DNA from: an uncultured Gammaproteobacteria bacterium
Lineage (GTDB): Bacteria > Patescibacteriota > Patescibacteriia > Patescibacteriales > UBA12465
Assembly (NCBI GenBank): GCA_964510275.1
Contig: CAZEBE010000001.1
Span: 1-32,167, forward strand
Reading direction: 5' to 3'
DNA length: 32,167 nucleotides
A model generated the notes under the pieces. It did no database searches. It had not been told where the DNA came from and saw only the letters and a list, made by a program, of their open reading frames with translations. This document shows positions 23,893 through 32,167 of the stretch, piece after piece (the first letter of the stretch is position 1; each line of letters starts with the position of its first letter). The position numbers and the translations under genes are program-made.

Positions 23893-23916
23893 GAAATTGT
23901 TAAAAAAGAAAAAGAT

Positions 23917-25386
23917 ATGACCATTGATCGTATTGTCAAAAAATTTAAAGAAAACCATCCACAAATTGATGCCGAAATTCTTTGGTTAGCTTTTGATTTT
24001 GCCGATAACGCTCATCGTAATCAAATTAGAAAAAATGGTGAACCATATATCAATCACCCCCTACACACCGCTTACTTACTAACGGAAATGAAAGCTGATT
24101 TAGCTACGGTTACAGCTGGCTTATTACACGATGTTCCCGAGGACACTGAATACACCATCGAAGAAGTAGAAAAAAATTTTGGCAGTGACGTAGCTAATTT
24201 AGTTAGAGGAGTTACAAAATTAGGAAAACTAAAATATCGCGGCATTGAACGTTATCGTGAAAATCTTAAAAAAATGTTTTTGGCAATGACTGGCGACATT
24301 AGAATTGTTTTTATTAAGTTTTGTGACAGACTGCACAATCTTAGAACGCTAGAGTCATTACCAGAAGACAAACGCCGTCGCATTGCCAAAGAAACTTTAG
24401 AAATTTATGCTCCAATCGCTGGAATGCTTGGTATTTGGCGTCTAAAATGGCAAATGGAAGATTTGTGTTTTAAATTTTTATACCCTGAAGAATTTAATAG
24501 CTTAGAGCAAGAATATGAAGTTGAGAAAAAAGCAGAAAGAAATCTATTTTTCCAAAAAGTAAAAAACATTTTAGCGCCACGCCTTGAAGATGCCAAAATC
24601 AATTACGACATCGAAGTTCGTTTTAAACATCTATATAGTATTTGGCAAAAGATGCAAAATAAGAATCGCCGCTTTGATGAAATTTATGATGTGTTTGCCT
24701 TGCGTTTAATTGTTGATGATATAAATGACTGCTATAAAGTATTAGGAATAATTCATACTCTTTGGAAACCTAAACCGAATCGCTTTAAAGATTATATTGC
24801 CGTACCTAAACCAAACGGTTATCAATCATTACATACCACTGTTTTTGGCCCCGAAGGAAAAGCTGTTGAATTTCAAATCAGAACGCTCGAGATGCATGAA
24901 GAATCTGTTTATGGTATCGCCGCTCACTGGTATTACAAAGCTCAAAATAATCGAGAATTTGAAAGGCAACCTAAATGGCTTCAAGAAATTGCTGATGTAC
25001 AAAAAGAAATTACTAACACTTCAGAATTCATCAACAACGTTCAGCTTAATGTTTTTCGTGATCGAATTTTTGTTTTTTCACCACGAGGCGATGTTTTTGA
25101 ATTGCCAGAAGGATCGACTCCAATTGATTTTGCCTATGCGGTTCACAGCAATGTTGGTAATCACGCCTCTGGAGCGATGATTAACGATCGTTTAGGAAAG
25201 CTTGATCAAGAACTTAAAAACGGTGATTTAGTCGAAATTATTCTAGAAAAAAGCCGTCAACACCCCAGCAAAGACTGGCTAAAATTTGCCAAGACCAAAA
25301 GGGCGCGTGACCATATTAAACAGTATGCTAAAAAATCAACACTCGAAAGCATTAAAAGATTTATCCCAGGAATAAACAATAAATAA
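23917..25386 (+). CDS. rel: Bifunctional (p)ppGpp synthetase/hydrolase, short RelA/SpoT homologue (HD + synthetase + TGS only)
   Basis: I moved the start to Met29 of the ORF (MTIDRIVKKF, 489 aa). HD motifs are HRNQIRKNGEPYINHPL and LLHDVPEDT. Synthetase motifs are YSIWQKM, DVFALRLIV, DYIAVPKPNGYQSLHTTV and EFQIRTLEMHE. The TGS motif is IFVFSPRGDVFELPEGSTPIDFAYAVHSNVG. The protein ends about 45 aa after TGS. Confidence 0.92.
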   Translation: MTIDRIVKKFKENHPQIDAEILWLAFDFADNAHRNQIRKNGEPYINHPLHTAYLLTEMKADLATVTAGLLHDVPEDTEYTIEEVEKNFGSDVANLVRGVTKLGKLKYRGIERYRENLKKMFLAMTGDIRIVFIKFCDRLHNLRTLESLPEDKRRRIAKETLEIYAPIAGMLGIWRLKWQMEDLCFKFLYPEEFNSLEQEYEVEKKAERNLFFQKVKNILAPRLEDAKINYDIEVRFKHLYSIWQKMQNKNRRFDEIYDVFALRLIVDDINDCYKVLGIIHTLWKPKPNRFKDYIAVPKPNGYQSLHTTVFGPEGKAVEFQIRTLEMHEESVYGIAAHWYYKAQNNREFERQPKWLQEIADVQKEITNTSEFINNVQLNVFRDRIFVFSPRGDVFELPEGSTPIDFAYAVHSNVGNHASGAMINDRLGKLDQELKNGDLVEIILEKSRQHPSKDWLKFAKTKRARDHIKQYAKKSTLESIKRFIPGINNK

Positions 25387-25413
25387 AAAAAGAACTCTAA
25401 TAGAGTTCTTTTT
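25387..25413. terminator. Bidirectional rho-independent terminator (rel / rpsU)
   Basis: AAAAAGAACTC (25387-25397) / GAGTTCTTTTT (25403-25413) with a 5-nt loop, between the convergent rel (stop 25386) and rpsU (stop 25420). Confidence 0.65.
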
Positions 25414-25419
25414 TATAGA

Positions 25420-25653
25420 TTATCTTCTCATTTCTTCTTCTGGTAACTTACCAGTCTTTCTTAAGAAATCTTTTTCTTTTTTAATCTTGATACTGGTTAG
25501 AGCATACTTCTTTTGTTGACGCTTAGTTTTTTTAGGAACTAAGTGTTGTTTCTCACGAGCCTTTTCTAAACGTTTACCGTTCTTCAAAGCCTTTTTGAAT
25601 TTTCGTAAGAAGCTTTCAAAACTCTCTCCAGACTTTCTTTTAAAATCAGCCAT
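25420..25653 (-). CDS. rpsU: 30S ribosomal protein S21
   Basis: 77 aa counting from MADFKRK. It is highly basic, and GESFESFLRKFKKALKNGKRLEKAREKQHLVPKKTKRQQKK fits the S21 pattern (ESfE.aLRrFKr....G.l.e.r.r..y.kPs..Rk). It overlaps the hisS stop by 8 nt. Confidence 0.8.
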   Translation of the reverse strand: MADFKRKSGESFESFLRKFKKALKNGKRLEKAREKQHLVPKKTKRQQKKYALTSIKIKKEKDFLRKTGKLPEEEMRR

Positions 25654-27037
25654 AAATAACACCCACCTTTCTAATTATTTTCTTATCTAATTTTTCTTTT
25701 ATCTTTTTCTGGGCCACAATTTCCTGAACGCCCGATTCCATATCTCTCATTAAAATTGTTTCATCCATTACTTCTTTCTTGCCCAATACTAAAGTTATTT
25801 TAGCTTTCAGCGCATTAGCTTCTTCAATCTGAGTTCTTAAACTATCAACTGAAAATGATTGTCTAACATTAAAACCAGCAGTTCGAAGTTCTTCAAAAAG
25901 AAGCAAAGCTTTAGTCTTAGCCTGTTCGCCAATTTGAGCGATATAAATCAATTCTTCTTCGTCGCAGTAAGTAGCGATGGAATTTTTTTCCTTAAGCTTC
26001 ATCATTATTCGTTCCAATCCAATTGCCAAACCAACGCTTGGAGTAGGTTTGCCACCCAAACTCTCAACTAAAGAATCACATCTACCACCACCAGCCAAGG
26101 CTAGTTTATTATTAGCCACACCATCATCACCAACTGGCCAGAATTCAAAAACCGTATCATTATAATAACTAAGACCTCTAACTAAATAGGAATTAAAGTT
26201 ATAAGGAATACCAAGTTCATCTAAATATTCCAAAACCTTACCAAAGTGTTCACGACTAGCTACTGATAAATAATCGGCAATTTGTGGAGCTCCTTCTCTA
26301 ATCTTAACACAAGAATCTTCACGACAATCAAGTAATGCCAAAGAATTTTTACCTAAATTCTTTTTACAATAATTACACAACTTAGATCTTCGTCCACGTT
26401 CTTTATAAAAAGCTAGTAATTTACTATTAAATTCTTTGCGAGATTCAGTATCCCCTAAACTATTAATTTGTAGTTGAACATTTACCCCTAATTCTTTAAA
26501 AAATCTATAAGCCGTGTTTATTAAAACCGCTTCTGACATCGGTTTTCTCTCACCAATAATTTCTAAATCAAATTGAGTAGATTCTCGATATCTTCCGTTT
26601 TGCATTTTTTCTTGACGAAAAACTTGCCCTACAGAAAATAAACGAACCGGCTGAGCAAGTTCATCCATTTTATTTTCAATATAAGCACGGATCATGCCCT
26701 GAGTAAGTTCTGGACGTAAAACAGCTTTTTCGCCACGTTCAAAATCAACAAAATAAAATTCCTTATCAGAGCTTTTTCTAGTAGATTTCTTATATAGATT
26801 AAAATCTTCAATGAGTGGGGTGCGAATTGCTGAAAAACCAAAAATACGAGCCAGCTCCCAAGCTTTAGTTTGCGCTAAATCCCAATTTAAAAAATCAGTT
26901 GTTGTATAATCTTTTAAACCTAAAAGACGAGCCACCGCTTTGGCGCTTTTTCTTTCAATTCGCTTAACTCCAGCAACTTCTTTAGCAACAGAAGAAACTG
27001 GTTTTTTAATTGAAGCCGTAGTTTTTTGCTTTGGCAT
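25646..27037 (-). CDS. hisS: Histidine--tRNA ligase
   Basis: I moved the start to MPKQKTT (463 aa), because the longer ORF overlaps lepB. Class II motifs are AVLRPELTQGMIRAY, VFRQEKMQNGRYRESTQFDLEIIGE and LALAGGGRCDSLVESLGGK. The CNYC...LDCREDSC insertion-domain motif is also present. Confidence 0.93.
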   Translation of the reverse strand: MPKQKTTASIKKPVSSVAKEVAGVKRIERKSAKAVARLLGLKDYTTTDFLNWDLAQTKAWELARIFGFSAIRTPLIEDFNLYKKSTRKSSDKEFYFVDFERGEKAVLRPELTQGMIRAYIENKMDELAQPVRLFSVGQVFRQEKMQNGRYRESTQFDLEIIGERKPMSEAVLINTAYRFFKELGVNVQLQINSLGDTESRKEFNSKLLAFYKERGRRSKLCNYCKKNLGKNSLALLDCREDSCVKIREGAPQIADYLSVASREHFGKVLEYLDELGIPYNFNSYLVRGLSYYNDTVFEFWPVGDDGVANNKLALAGGGRCDSLVESLGGKPTPSVGLAIGLERIMMKLKEKNSIATYCDEEELIYIAQIGEQAKTKALLLFEELRTAGFNVRQSFSVDSLRTQIEEANALKAKITLVLGKKEVMDETILMRDMESGVQEIVAQKKIKEKLDKKIIRKVGVIYG

Positions 27038-27038
27038 A

Positions 27039-27605
27039 TTAATATTTTGGTAAATTATTTTTTGTAAACACTTTAGCTTTACTAATCGGTAAACCACGCA
27101 GCCAAACGCGTCCAGTGATAAAACTCTTATTAACCGCTCCAAAAAAACGAGAATCCTGAGAAGCATCACGATTATCTCCTAAAACAAAGTACTCATCCGC
27201 TTTTAAATCAACCTTGTTTTCATTATTAGCCTCTGTTACCTCATTGGTATCCAAATAAGGTTCATTTAAAACAAAACCGTCTGGATGTTCAGTGTTGTAT
27301 ACATAAACATGATTATTCTTAATTTGTACACTTTCACCAGGTAAACCAATTATCCTCTTGATAAAATGCTCCTGTGGGTCTCGTGGATAACGAAAAACCA
27401 CCACTTCCCCTCTTTGCGGAACATTAAACCGATAATTAAGTTCATCAATAATCAAATATTCAAAATTATGAAAATTAGGTTCCATTGATGTCCCCTTTAC
27501 GTAAAAGGGTTGAATTAAAAAATAGCGAACCGGAACAATAATTACCAAAGCAATGGCCGCTAATTTAATTAACTCTCGCAAAAATAAAAAAATCTTCTTA
27601 AACAT
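27039..27605 (-). CDS. lepB: Signal peptidase I
   Basis: 188 aa with an N-terminal TM helix. It has the catalytic Ser box VKGTSMEPNF, the Lys box FIKRIIGLPGES and VLGDNRDASQDSRFFG. Confidence 0.92.
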   Translation of the reverse strand: MFKKIFLFLRELIKLAAIALVIIVPVRYFLIQPFYVKGTSMEPNFHNFEYLIIDELNYRFNVPQRGEVVVFRYPRDPQEHFIKRIIGLPGESVQIKNNHVYVYNTEHPDGFVLNEPYLDTNEVTEANNENKVDLKADEYFVLGDNRDASQDSRFFGAVNKSFITGRVWLRGLPISKAKVFTKNNLPKY

Positions 27606-27684
27606 AAAAAATACTAATTGTAGTGTAATTTTACCAAAATTAAAGATGATAATTTCACTAAACTGTTGTCTATTCTAACATTAA

Positions 27685-27722
27685 AAATAAAAAAAAGCAA
27701 ACCCCTAAACTTAAGGGTGTTT
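27685..27722 (-). terminator. Probable rho-independent terminator after queA
   Basis: An imperfect hairpin at 27699-27722 (AAACCCCT...AGGGTGTTT, one bulge). On the minus strand it is followed by GCTTTTTTTTATTTTT (complement of 27683-27698). It lies about 22 nt after the queA stop. Confidence 0.45.
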
Positions 27723-27744
27723 CATGTATATTTTTTATTTAATA

Positions 27745-28782
27745 TTAGTAAATAAACATTGCATCACCATAAGAAAAAAAGCGATATCCATCCTTTACGG
27801 CTGCTTGATAGGCCTGTTCTATCAGTTTTTTACCAGCTAAAGCGGAAACTAACATCAATAAAGTCGATTTTGGCAAGTGAAAATTAGTAATTAAAGCACT
27901 AACCACGGCAAATTTGTATCCAGGATAAATAAAAATATTAGTCCAATTAGAGTATTTATCAGGACAACCTGCTTTTCCCCAAGATTCTAAGGTTCTAGCA
28001 CTAGTTGTTCCAACGGCAATAATTCGCTGCCCATTAGACTTAGCCTTCTTTAATCTTTTTATTGTCGCAATACCTATCTCGGCAAACTCCGAATGCATTT
28101 TATGTTCTAAAATATTCTCTGTTTTAACTGGCGAAAATGTTCCAAGGCCAACATGAAGGGTAACTCTTTCAATAACAACCCCCTTGTCTTTTATTTTTTT
28201 AAGCAGTCGAGGTGTAAAATGCAGACCGGCTGTTGGCGCGGCCACCGATCCAACCTTATCGCTAGCAGCATAAACGGTTTGATAGTTTCTTTTATCTTCT
28301 TTTTGATCTTTTGGTCTTTTGATATATGGCGGGAGTGGTAAATGTCCAATTCTAGAGACTGCTGCAAAAAAAGCCACTCCTGTTTTATTAAATTCTACTT
28401 GCCAAGTTCCGTCCTGATTATTTTCTCGAACCACAGCTTCAAAATGTGGGGCGAGTTCAATGACTAAACCAATACTAACCCGTCCACCAAGTAAACACTC
28501 CCAAGTATTCTCAGTAATTTTTTTATGTAAAAAAACTTCCACCGCGCCACCAGTATTTTTTTTACGACCAAATAAGCGGGCCGGAAAAACCTTAGAATCA
28601 TTAACGACGAGAACATCACCCTTCTTAAGATAATCAACGATATCTGAAAACTTTTTATGTTCTAACTTTTTTTTAGTCTTATTTACAATTAAAAGCCGCG
28701 CGGCATCACGTGGATTTATGGGTTCTTGAGCAATTAATTCGTTTGGCAGATTATAATCGAAGTCACTTAAACTATATTTCAT
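27745..28782 (-). CDS. queA: S-adenosylmethionine:tRNA ribosyltransferase-isomerase
   Basis: 345 aa with LPLPPYIKR, APTAGLHFTP, IAVGTTSARTLES and LITNFHLPKSTLLMLVSA. Confidence 0.95.
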   Translation of the reverse strand: MKYSLSDFDYNLPNELIAQEPINPRDAARLLIVNKTKKKLEHKKFSDIVDYLKKGDVLVVNDSKVFPARLFGRKKNTGGAVEVFLHKKITENTWECLLGGRVSIGLVIELAPHFEAVVRENNQDGTWQVEFNKTGVAFFAAVSRIGHLPLPPYIKRPKDQKEDKRNYQTVYAASDKVGSVAAPTAGLHFTPRLLKKIKDKGVVIERVTLHVGLGTFSPVKTENILEHKMHSEFAEIGIATIKRLKKAKSNGQRIIAVGTTSARTLESWGKAGCPDKYSNWTNIFIYPGYKFAVVSALITNFHLPKSTLLMLVSALAGKKLIEQAYQAAVKDGYRFFSYGDAMFIY

Positions 28783-28784
28783 AA

Positions 28785-29792
28785 TTACTTACTGACATTA
28801 TCTAGACCTAAATGTTTATAAGCACTTTCTGTAACAACACGTCCACGAGGCGAGCGATCTAAAAAACCTAGTTGCAATAAATACGGTTCATAAACATTTA
28901 AAATAGTATCAATATCTTCTCCGGTCGCTGCTGATAAAGTGTTAAGTCCAACGGGACCACCTTTAAATTTATTAATAATTGTTAAAAGTAATTTACGGTC
29001 AACATGATCAAGTCCCAAAACATCAACCTCCATCATATTAAAAGCTTCCTCACAAATTTTTAAATCAATATAACCAGTGCCTTTCACCTGAGAATAATCA
29101 CGAACTCTTTTAAGTAAGCGATTAGCAATTCGCGGTGTCTTTCGAGCCCGAGTCGCAATTAAATTAGCCGCTCCCCGATCTAATTCAACATTTAAAAGTT
29201 TAGCACTACGTCTAATAATTCTTTCCATTTCGCTAAGTTCATAAAAATCTAAATGATGAATGTGTCCAAAACGATCACGAAGCGGAGCTGAAAGTAAACT
29301 CGCCATCGTCGTCGCTCCGATAATTGTAAAGCGTGGTAAATCCAAACGAAGGGTTCTGGCACTTGGACCTTTGCCCATCACAATATCCAAAGCAAAATCT
29401 TCCATGGCTGGGTATAAAATTTCTTCAATGTTTTTATTCAAACGATGAATTTCGTCAATAAATAAAATATCACCTTCTTCTAAATTGGAAAGAATTGCGG
29501 CGAGGTCACCACTTTTTTCAATCGCTGGACCAGAGGTTACTTTAATATTTGCCCCCACTTCATTAGCAATCACATGGGCTAAAGTAGTTTTTCCTAAACC
29601 GGGCGCACCATATAATAAAACATGCTCCATCGCTTCAACTCTTTTTTTGGCCGCCGAAATAGCAATTTCTAAATTAGCTTTTACTTTTTCCTGCCCCACA
29701 TACTCGCTCAGTGTTTTTGGACGCAGAGAAAAATCAAAGGCCTCTTCGCTTTTTTGTTCTTTTGGACTAATAATTCTGTCTTCGTTTTCCAT
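28785..29792 (-). CDS. ruvB: Holliday junction branch migration helicase RuvB
   Basis: The start is taken at [10 protein letters not shown] (335 aa), which avoids overlap with the upstream gene. Motifs are [16 protein letters not shown], Walker [10 protein letters not shown], Walker [11 protein letters not shown] and [20 protein letters not shown]. Confidence 0.96.
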   Translation of the reverse strand: MENEDRIISPKEQKSEEAFDFSLRPKTLSEYVGQEKVKANLEIAISAAKKRVEAMEHVLLYGAPGLGKTTLAHVIANEVGANIKVTSGPAIEKSGDLAAILSNLEEGDILFIDEIHRLNKNIEEILYPAMEDFALDIVMGKGPSARTLRLDLPRFTIIGATTMASLLSAPLRDRFGHIHHLDFYELSEMERIIRRSAKLLNVELDRGAANLIATRARKTPRIANRLLKRVRDYSQVKGTGYIDLKICEEAFNMMEVDVLGLDHVDRKLLLTIINKFKGGPVGLNTLSAATGEDIDTILNVYEPYLLQLGFLDRSPRGRVVTESAYKHLGLDNVSK

Positions 29793-29799
29793 AAAATTA

Positions 29800-30474
29800 T
29801 TAATAACTAAATTGGTCCCAAGTTTTTTGACCATCGCCAGTTATGTCATACTTTTCTCCTAAATATTTAGAGCTAGCTCGACAGACAACATTAAGCCAAG
29901 CTTTTATTCTAGCAAAAACCTCTCTTCTTTGCATACTACTAATATCTTTATACTTATGCAAATCCGCCTTACAGCCCAAAGTTTCCATGCCAATCGATTT
30001 AGATAAATACAAAGCCCTAGGCAAATGAAATTCTTGAGTGATTATTAAAGCTTGATTAATATTAAAAATATTTTTAGCACGATAGACCGAATCATAAGTG
30101 TCAAAACCAGCGTGATCTAAAAAAATATCAGCCGGTCTAACACCCTCTTTAAGTAAGTACTCTCGGCCGGCGTTTACTTCGTCATAATTTGTTTGTCCAT
30201 GATCTCCAGAAATTAGTATCTTCGTAATTTTCCCTTGTTTATAAATATTGACCGCTGTTTGTAATCTGTCTGCATAAACGTCGCTAACCTTATCAGCACC
30301 AATAACTCTGGCACCCAAAACAATCCCCACTGGGTAAGAATCAACACTCTTATCACAATCAATGGCAATATCATTAGCACTATAACCTACTAATAAATTA
30401 ATAAACCAGATTACCCAAAGACCAATAATAAAGAGATATAAAAAATAGCGCAACTTAAACCAGGTTAAATTCAT
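29800..30474 (-). CDS. sanA: SanA/DUF218-family membrane-anchored protein
   Basis: 224 aa with an N-terminal TM helix. [39 protein letters not shown] and [14 protein letters not shown] parallel the E. coli SanA motifs (SGDN...YNEP, LDYAGFRTLDS, ITQRFHCERAL) as I recall them. Confidence 0.8.
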   Translation of the reverse strand: MNLTWFKLRYFLYLFIIGLWVIWFINLLVGYSANDIAIDCDKSVDSYPVGIVLGARVIGADKVSDVYADRLQTAVNIYKQGKITKILISGDHGQTNYDEVNAGREYLLKEGVRPADIFLDHAGFDTYDSVYRAKNIFNINQALIITQEFHLPRALYLSKSIGMETLGCKADLHKYKDISSMQRREVFARIKAWLNVVCRASSKYLGEKYDITGDGQKTWDQFSY

Positions 30475-30483
30475 AAAATTATT

Positions 30484-32167
30484 TTAATAACGCCACTGAC
30501 AAATATCACGGAAGTCGCAATATTTACAAAGTTCAGATGGATTAGGTGGAAAATTACCTTTTTTAATTTCAGCAATTTCATCTAAAACCTCCTGACGTAA
30601 TTTTTCAACATCCTTATCTTTAGCTTCAAAAGATGTTTTATAAGTTCCCTCTAAATAATAATAACTTAATTTAGAAACTTTTATCTTTAAAAATTCTTCT
30701 AAAAATATTTTATATAAAATTAACTGTCGCTTATCAGCATACTCTAACTTTTCTTTAGGGTTTCCAGTTTTATAATCAATAATCTCTAACGTGCCATCTG
30801 ACAGTTTATCAACCCTATCAATTGCTCCTTTAATTATGCCGTCGCCAACTTTAAAAGTAAAATTCTTTTCTAAAAAAATAATTTCTGGCAGTCCGTCAGT
30901 TTGTAAATTAGACCAAAAAGTTTTCAAAATCTTCTGACCTTTTTGATAATATTTTTCACGATTCTCTTTATCACTATAACCATCTGATTGCCAATGTTTT
31001 TTGTATAACTCTAAAAGTTTTTCTTCATCTAGTTTGGTTTCTTTTTTGCCAAATAAAGAATCCTGCAAATTACTAGATTCAAATGGTTCTAAAAAATCAT
31101 GAAGGACGTTATGTAAAACACGACCAAAAATTAATGAGGCTTTATCAGATGGGGCGGGAATTTTGAGCACAAAAGCAAATTTATACTGTAGCGGACAAGT
31201 TGAAAAAGCCGCCAGTTGTGAGAAAGAAAATTTATCAGGTAATACCAATTTCTCTGGCTTCTCTGGTTCTTTTTGATCTAGTCTTTCAAGATCACGAATA
31301 AGTTCTAATTTGTTTGAAAAATCTTGATCAGCGCCAACTTCAAAAACATCCAATTTCATCTCAGAGATAAATGGCGATGGTTTTTTCTCACGTGCCCCAC
31401 CGTAATCTTTAGCGCCAGTAATAAATAATTCTTCTTTGGCTCTGGTAATAGCCACATAAAACAAACGACGTTCTTCTTCAATGTGAGCATCTTTACCACC
31501 AGTAATTTTTTCTTTCACTAAATTATCGGGAATACTAATTTTTTCTGAGCGCGAAATAGTAGGAAACTTTTTGTCCACTATATTCACTAGAAAAACATAT
31601 TTAAATTCTAAACCTTTAGCCGCATGCACGGTCATAATCTTAACCGTGTCATTATCAGAAAAATCTAAACGTAGCGCGCCCACTTCTCCGGCCTCTAGTT
31701 CTAAATCCATCAGTTGCATAAAATCACTGAGTCGTGAGGCTGGCAATGTATCTTCAAACTTTTTTATTTTTTGATAGAACTGATTGAGGTATGAAAAAAT
31801 TTCTTGATCCCTGTCAAAATCATATGAAGCAACTAAGCCAGAATCATAAGCAAAACGTAAAAATATTTTAGAAGGTTCTGAGTCGGCAACTAATTTAGAA
31901 TGTTTATCTAAAAGTTCTAATAGTTTATCAATATTATTTCGTCCGTTTTCTGAAATATTAGGAATCGCTGAAATATTTTTTAAGGCTTCAAATAAGGACC
32001 AAACTTTATGCTTGGCAAATTTATTAATGGTTATAATATCTAAATGACTAACTTTAAAAGCGGCCATATTTAATACACGGAATAAGGCCGATGATTCGTG
32101 ATAATTATCTAGAAGACGAAGATAAGCTAAACAATCTAAAATTATTTCTTTAAAATATAAACCTTTA
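30484..32167 (-). CDS. UvrD/PcrA-type helicase (C-terminal half) fused to a Cas4/AddB-like 4-Cys PD-(D/E)XK nuclease; 5' end outside the window
   Basis: I translated the frame upstream of the Met at 32067 and it stays open to the window edge (...KGLYFKEIILDCLAYLRLLDNYHESSALFRVLN-MAAF...), a UvrD-like LAYLRLL/RVLN motif. Helicase motifs are IMTVHAAKGLEFKYVFLVN and EEERRLFYVAITRAKEELFI. Nuclease motifs are FSTCPLQYKF, GAIDRVDKL...LEIIDYKTG, QLILYKIF and CKYCDFRDIC. Confidence 0.87.
   Translation of the reverse strand, partial: KGLYFKEIILDCLAYLRLLDNYHESSALFRVLNMAAFKVSHLDIITINKFAKHKVWSLFEALKNISAIPNISENGRNNIDKLLELLDKHSKLVADSEPSKIFLRFAYDSGLVASYDFDRDQEIFSYLNQFYQKIKKFEDTLPASRLSDFMQLMDLELEAGEVGALRLDFSDNDTVKIMTVHAAKGLEFKYVFLVNIVDKKFPTISRSEKISIPDNLVKEKITGGKDAHIEEERRLFYVAITRAKEELFITGAKDYGGAREKKPSPFISEMKLDVFEVGADQDFSNKLELIRDLERLDQKEPEKPEKLVLPDKFSFSQLAAFSTCPLQYKFAFVLKIPAPSDKASLIFGRVLHNVLHDFLEPFESSNLQDSLFGKKETKLDEEKLLELYKKHWQSDGYSDKENREKYYQKGQKILKTFWSNLQTDGLPEIIFLEKNFTFKVGDGIIKGAIDRVDKLSDGTLEIIDYKTGNPKEKLEYADKRQLILYKIFLEEFLKIKVSKLSYYYLEGTYKTSFEAKDKDVEKLRQEVLDEIAEIKKGNFPPNPSELCKYCDFRDICQWRY

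Noticed and set aside
23833-23916. Longer rel ORF starting at 23833 (MDIFSFFYNNLTYYVIIII...)
   Set aside because: The extension overlaps the divergent 897-aa gene start and reads through the palindromic promoter. The added residues are hydrophobic nonsense. MTIDRIVKKF at 23917 gives a normal RSH N-terminus.
27038-27169. Longer hisS ORF starting at 27169
   Set aside because: The 44 extra codons overlap the 3' end of lepB in another frame. MPKQK at 27037 abuts the lepB stop.
29793-29834. Longer ruvB ORF starting at 29834
   Set aside because: It would overlap the sanA-like gene by 35 nt. [10 protein letters not shown] at 29792 leaves a 7-nt gap and gives a standard-length RuvB (335 aa).
24405-31774. 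Shadow ORFs in rel (24405..24602, 24797..25180), hisS (25859..26071, 25977..26165), queA (28153..28341), ruvB/sanA (29260..29448, 29485..29862, 29843..30028) and the helicase (31571..31774)
   Set aside because: They are nested in, or antisense to, genes with strong family motifs, and none has any recognisable feature.
1-32167. Alternative genetic code (UGA recoding, as in some CPR lineages)
   Set aside because: All 22 genes are full-length and match family expectations under the standard code. The stops I checked are TAA, and nothing needs read-through of TGA.

Overview
This is a 32.2-kb AT-rich (about one-third G+C by eye), very gene-dense bacterial window. All long ORFs are intact under the standard genetic code. 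I saw no rRNA, tRNA, CRISPR array, transposase or integrase. I support 22 protein genes, 20 of them on the minus strand. The flanks are core housekeeping. On the left are ftsA-ftsZ, a prepilin peptidase with a Wzy_C/TPR membrane protein, secD-secF and clpP. On the right are a short RelA/SpoT homologue, rpsU, hisS, lepB, queA, ruvB, a sanA-like gene and a UvrD-type helicase fused to a Cas4-like nuclease, whose 5' end runs off the window. Several traits point to a small-genome Patescibacteria/CPR-type bacterium, though this is inference and not a search result. These traits are tiny intergenic gaps, no Shine-Dalgarno motifs, TSP3-repeat membrane proteins, VirB2/TrbC-like 'T4SS pilin' hairpins and giant Cys-rich surface proteins. 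The centre of the window (9113-23848, 46%) is one apparent minus-strand operon. It is bounded by a 19-bp palindromic divergent promoter and a 14-bp-stem bidirectional terminator. It encodes three giant secreted or anchored Cys-rich proteins of 897, 2177 and 1048 aa, followed by four small single-pass membrane proteins. Two of the giants carry a VirB2-like pilin hairpin at the N-terminus. The third contains a type IV pilin headgroup-like domain and a lectin-like C-terminus. Two of the small proteins carry thrombospondin-type-3 Ca-binding repeats. The block has no ATPase, enzyme or known secretion-machine component. I consider it the candidate undescribed system: a dedicated cell-surface attachment apparatus. 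All domain calls come from motif recognition by eye and need HMM or structure confirmation.
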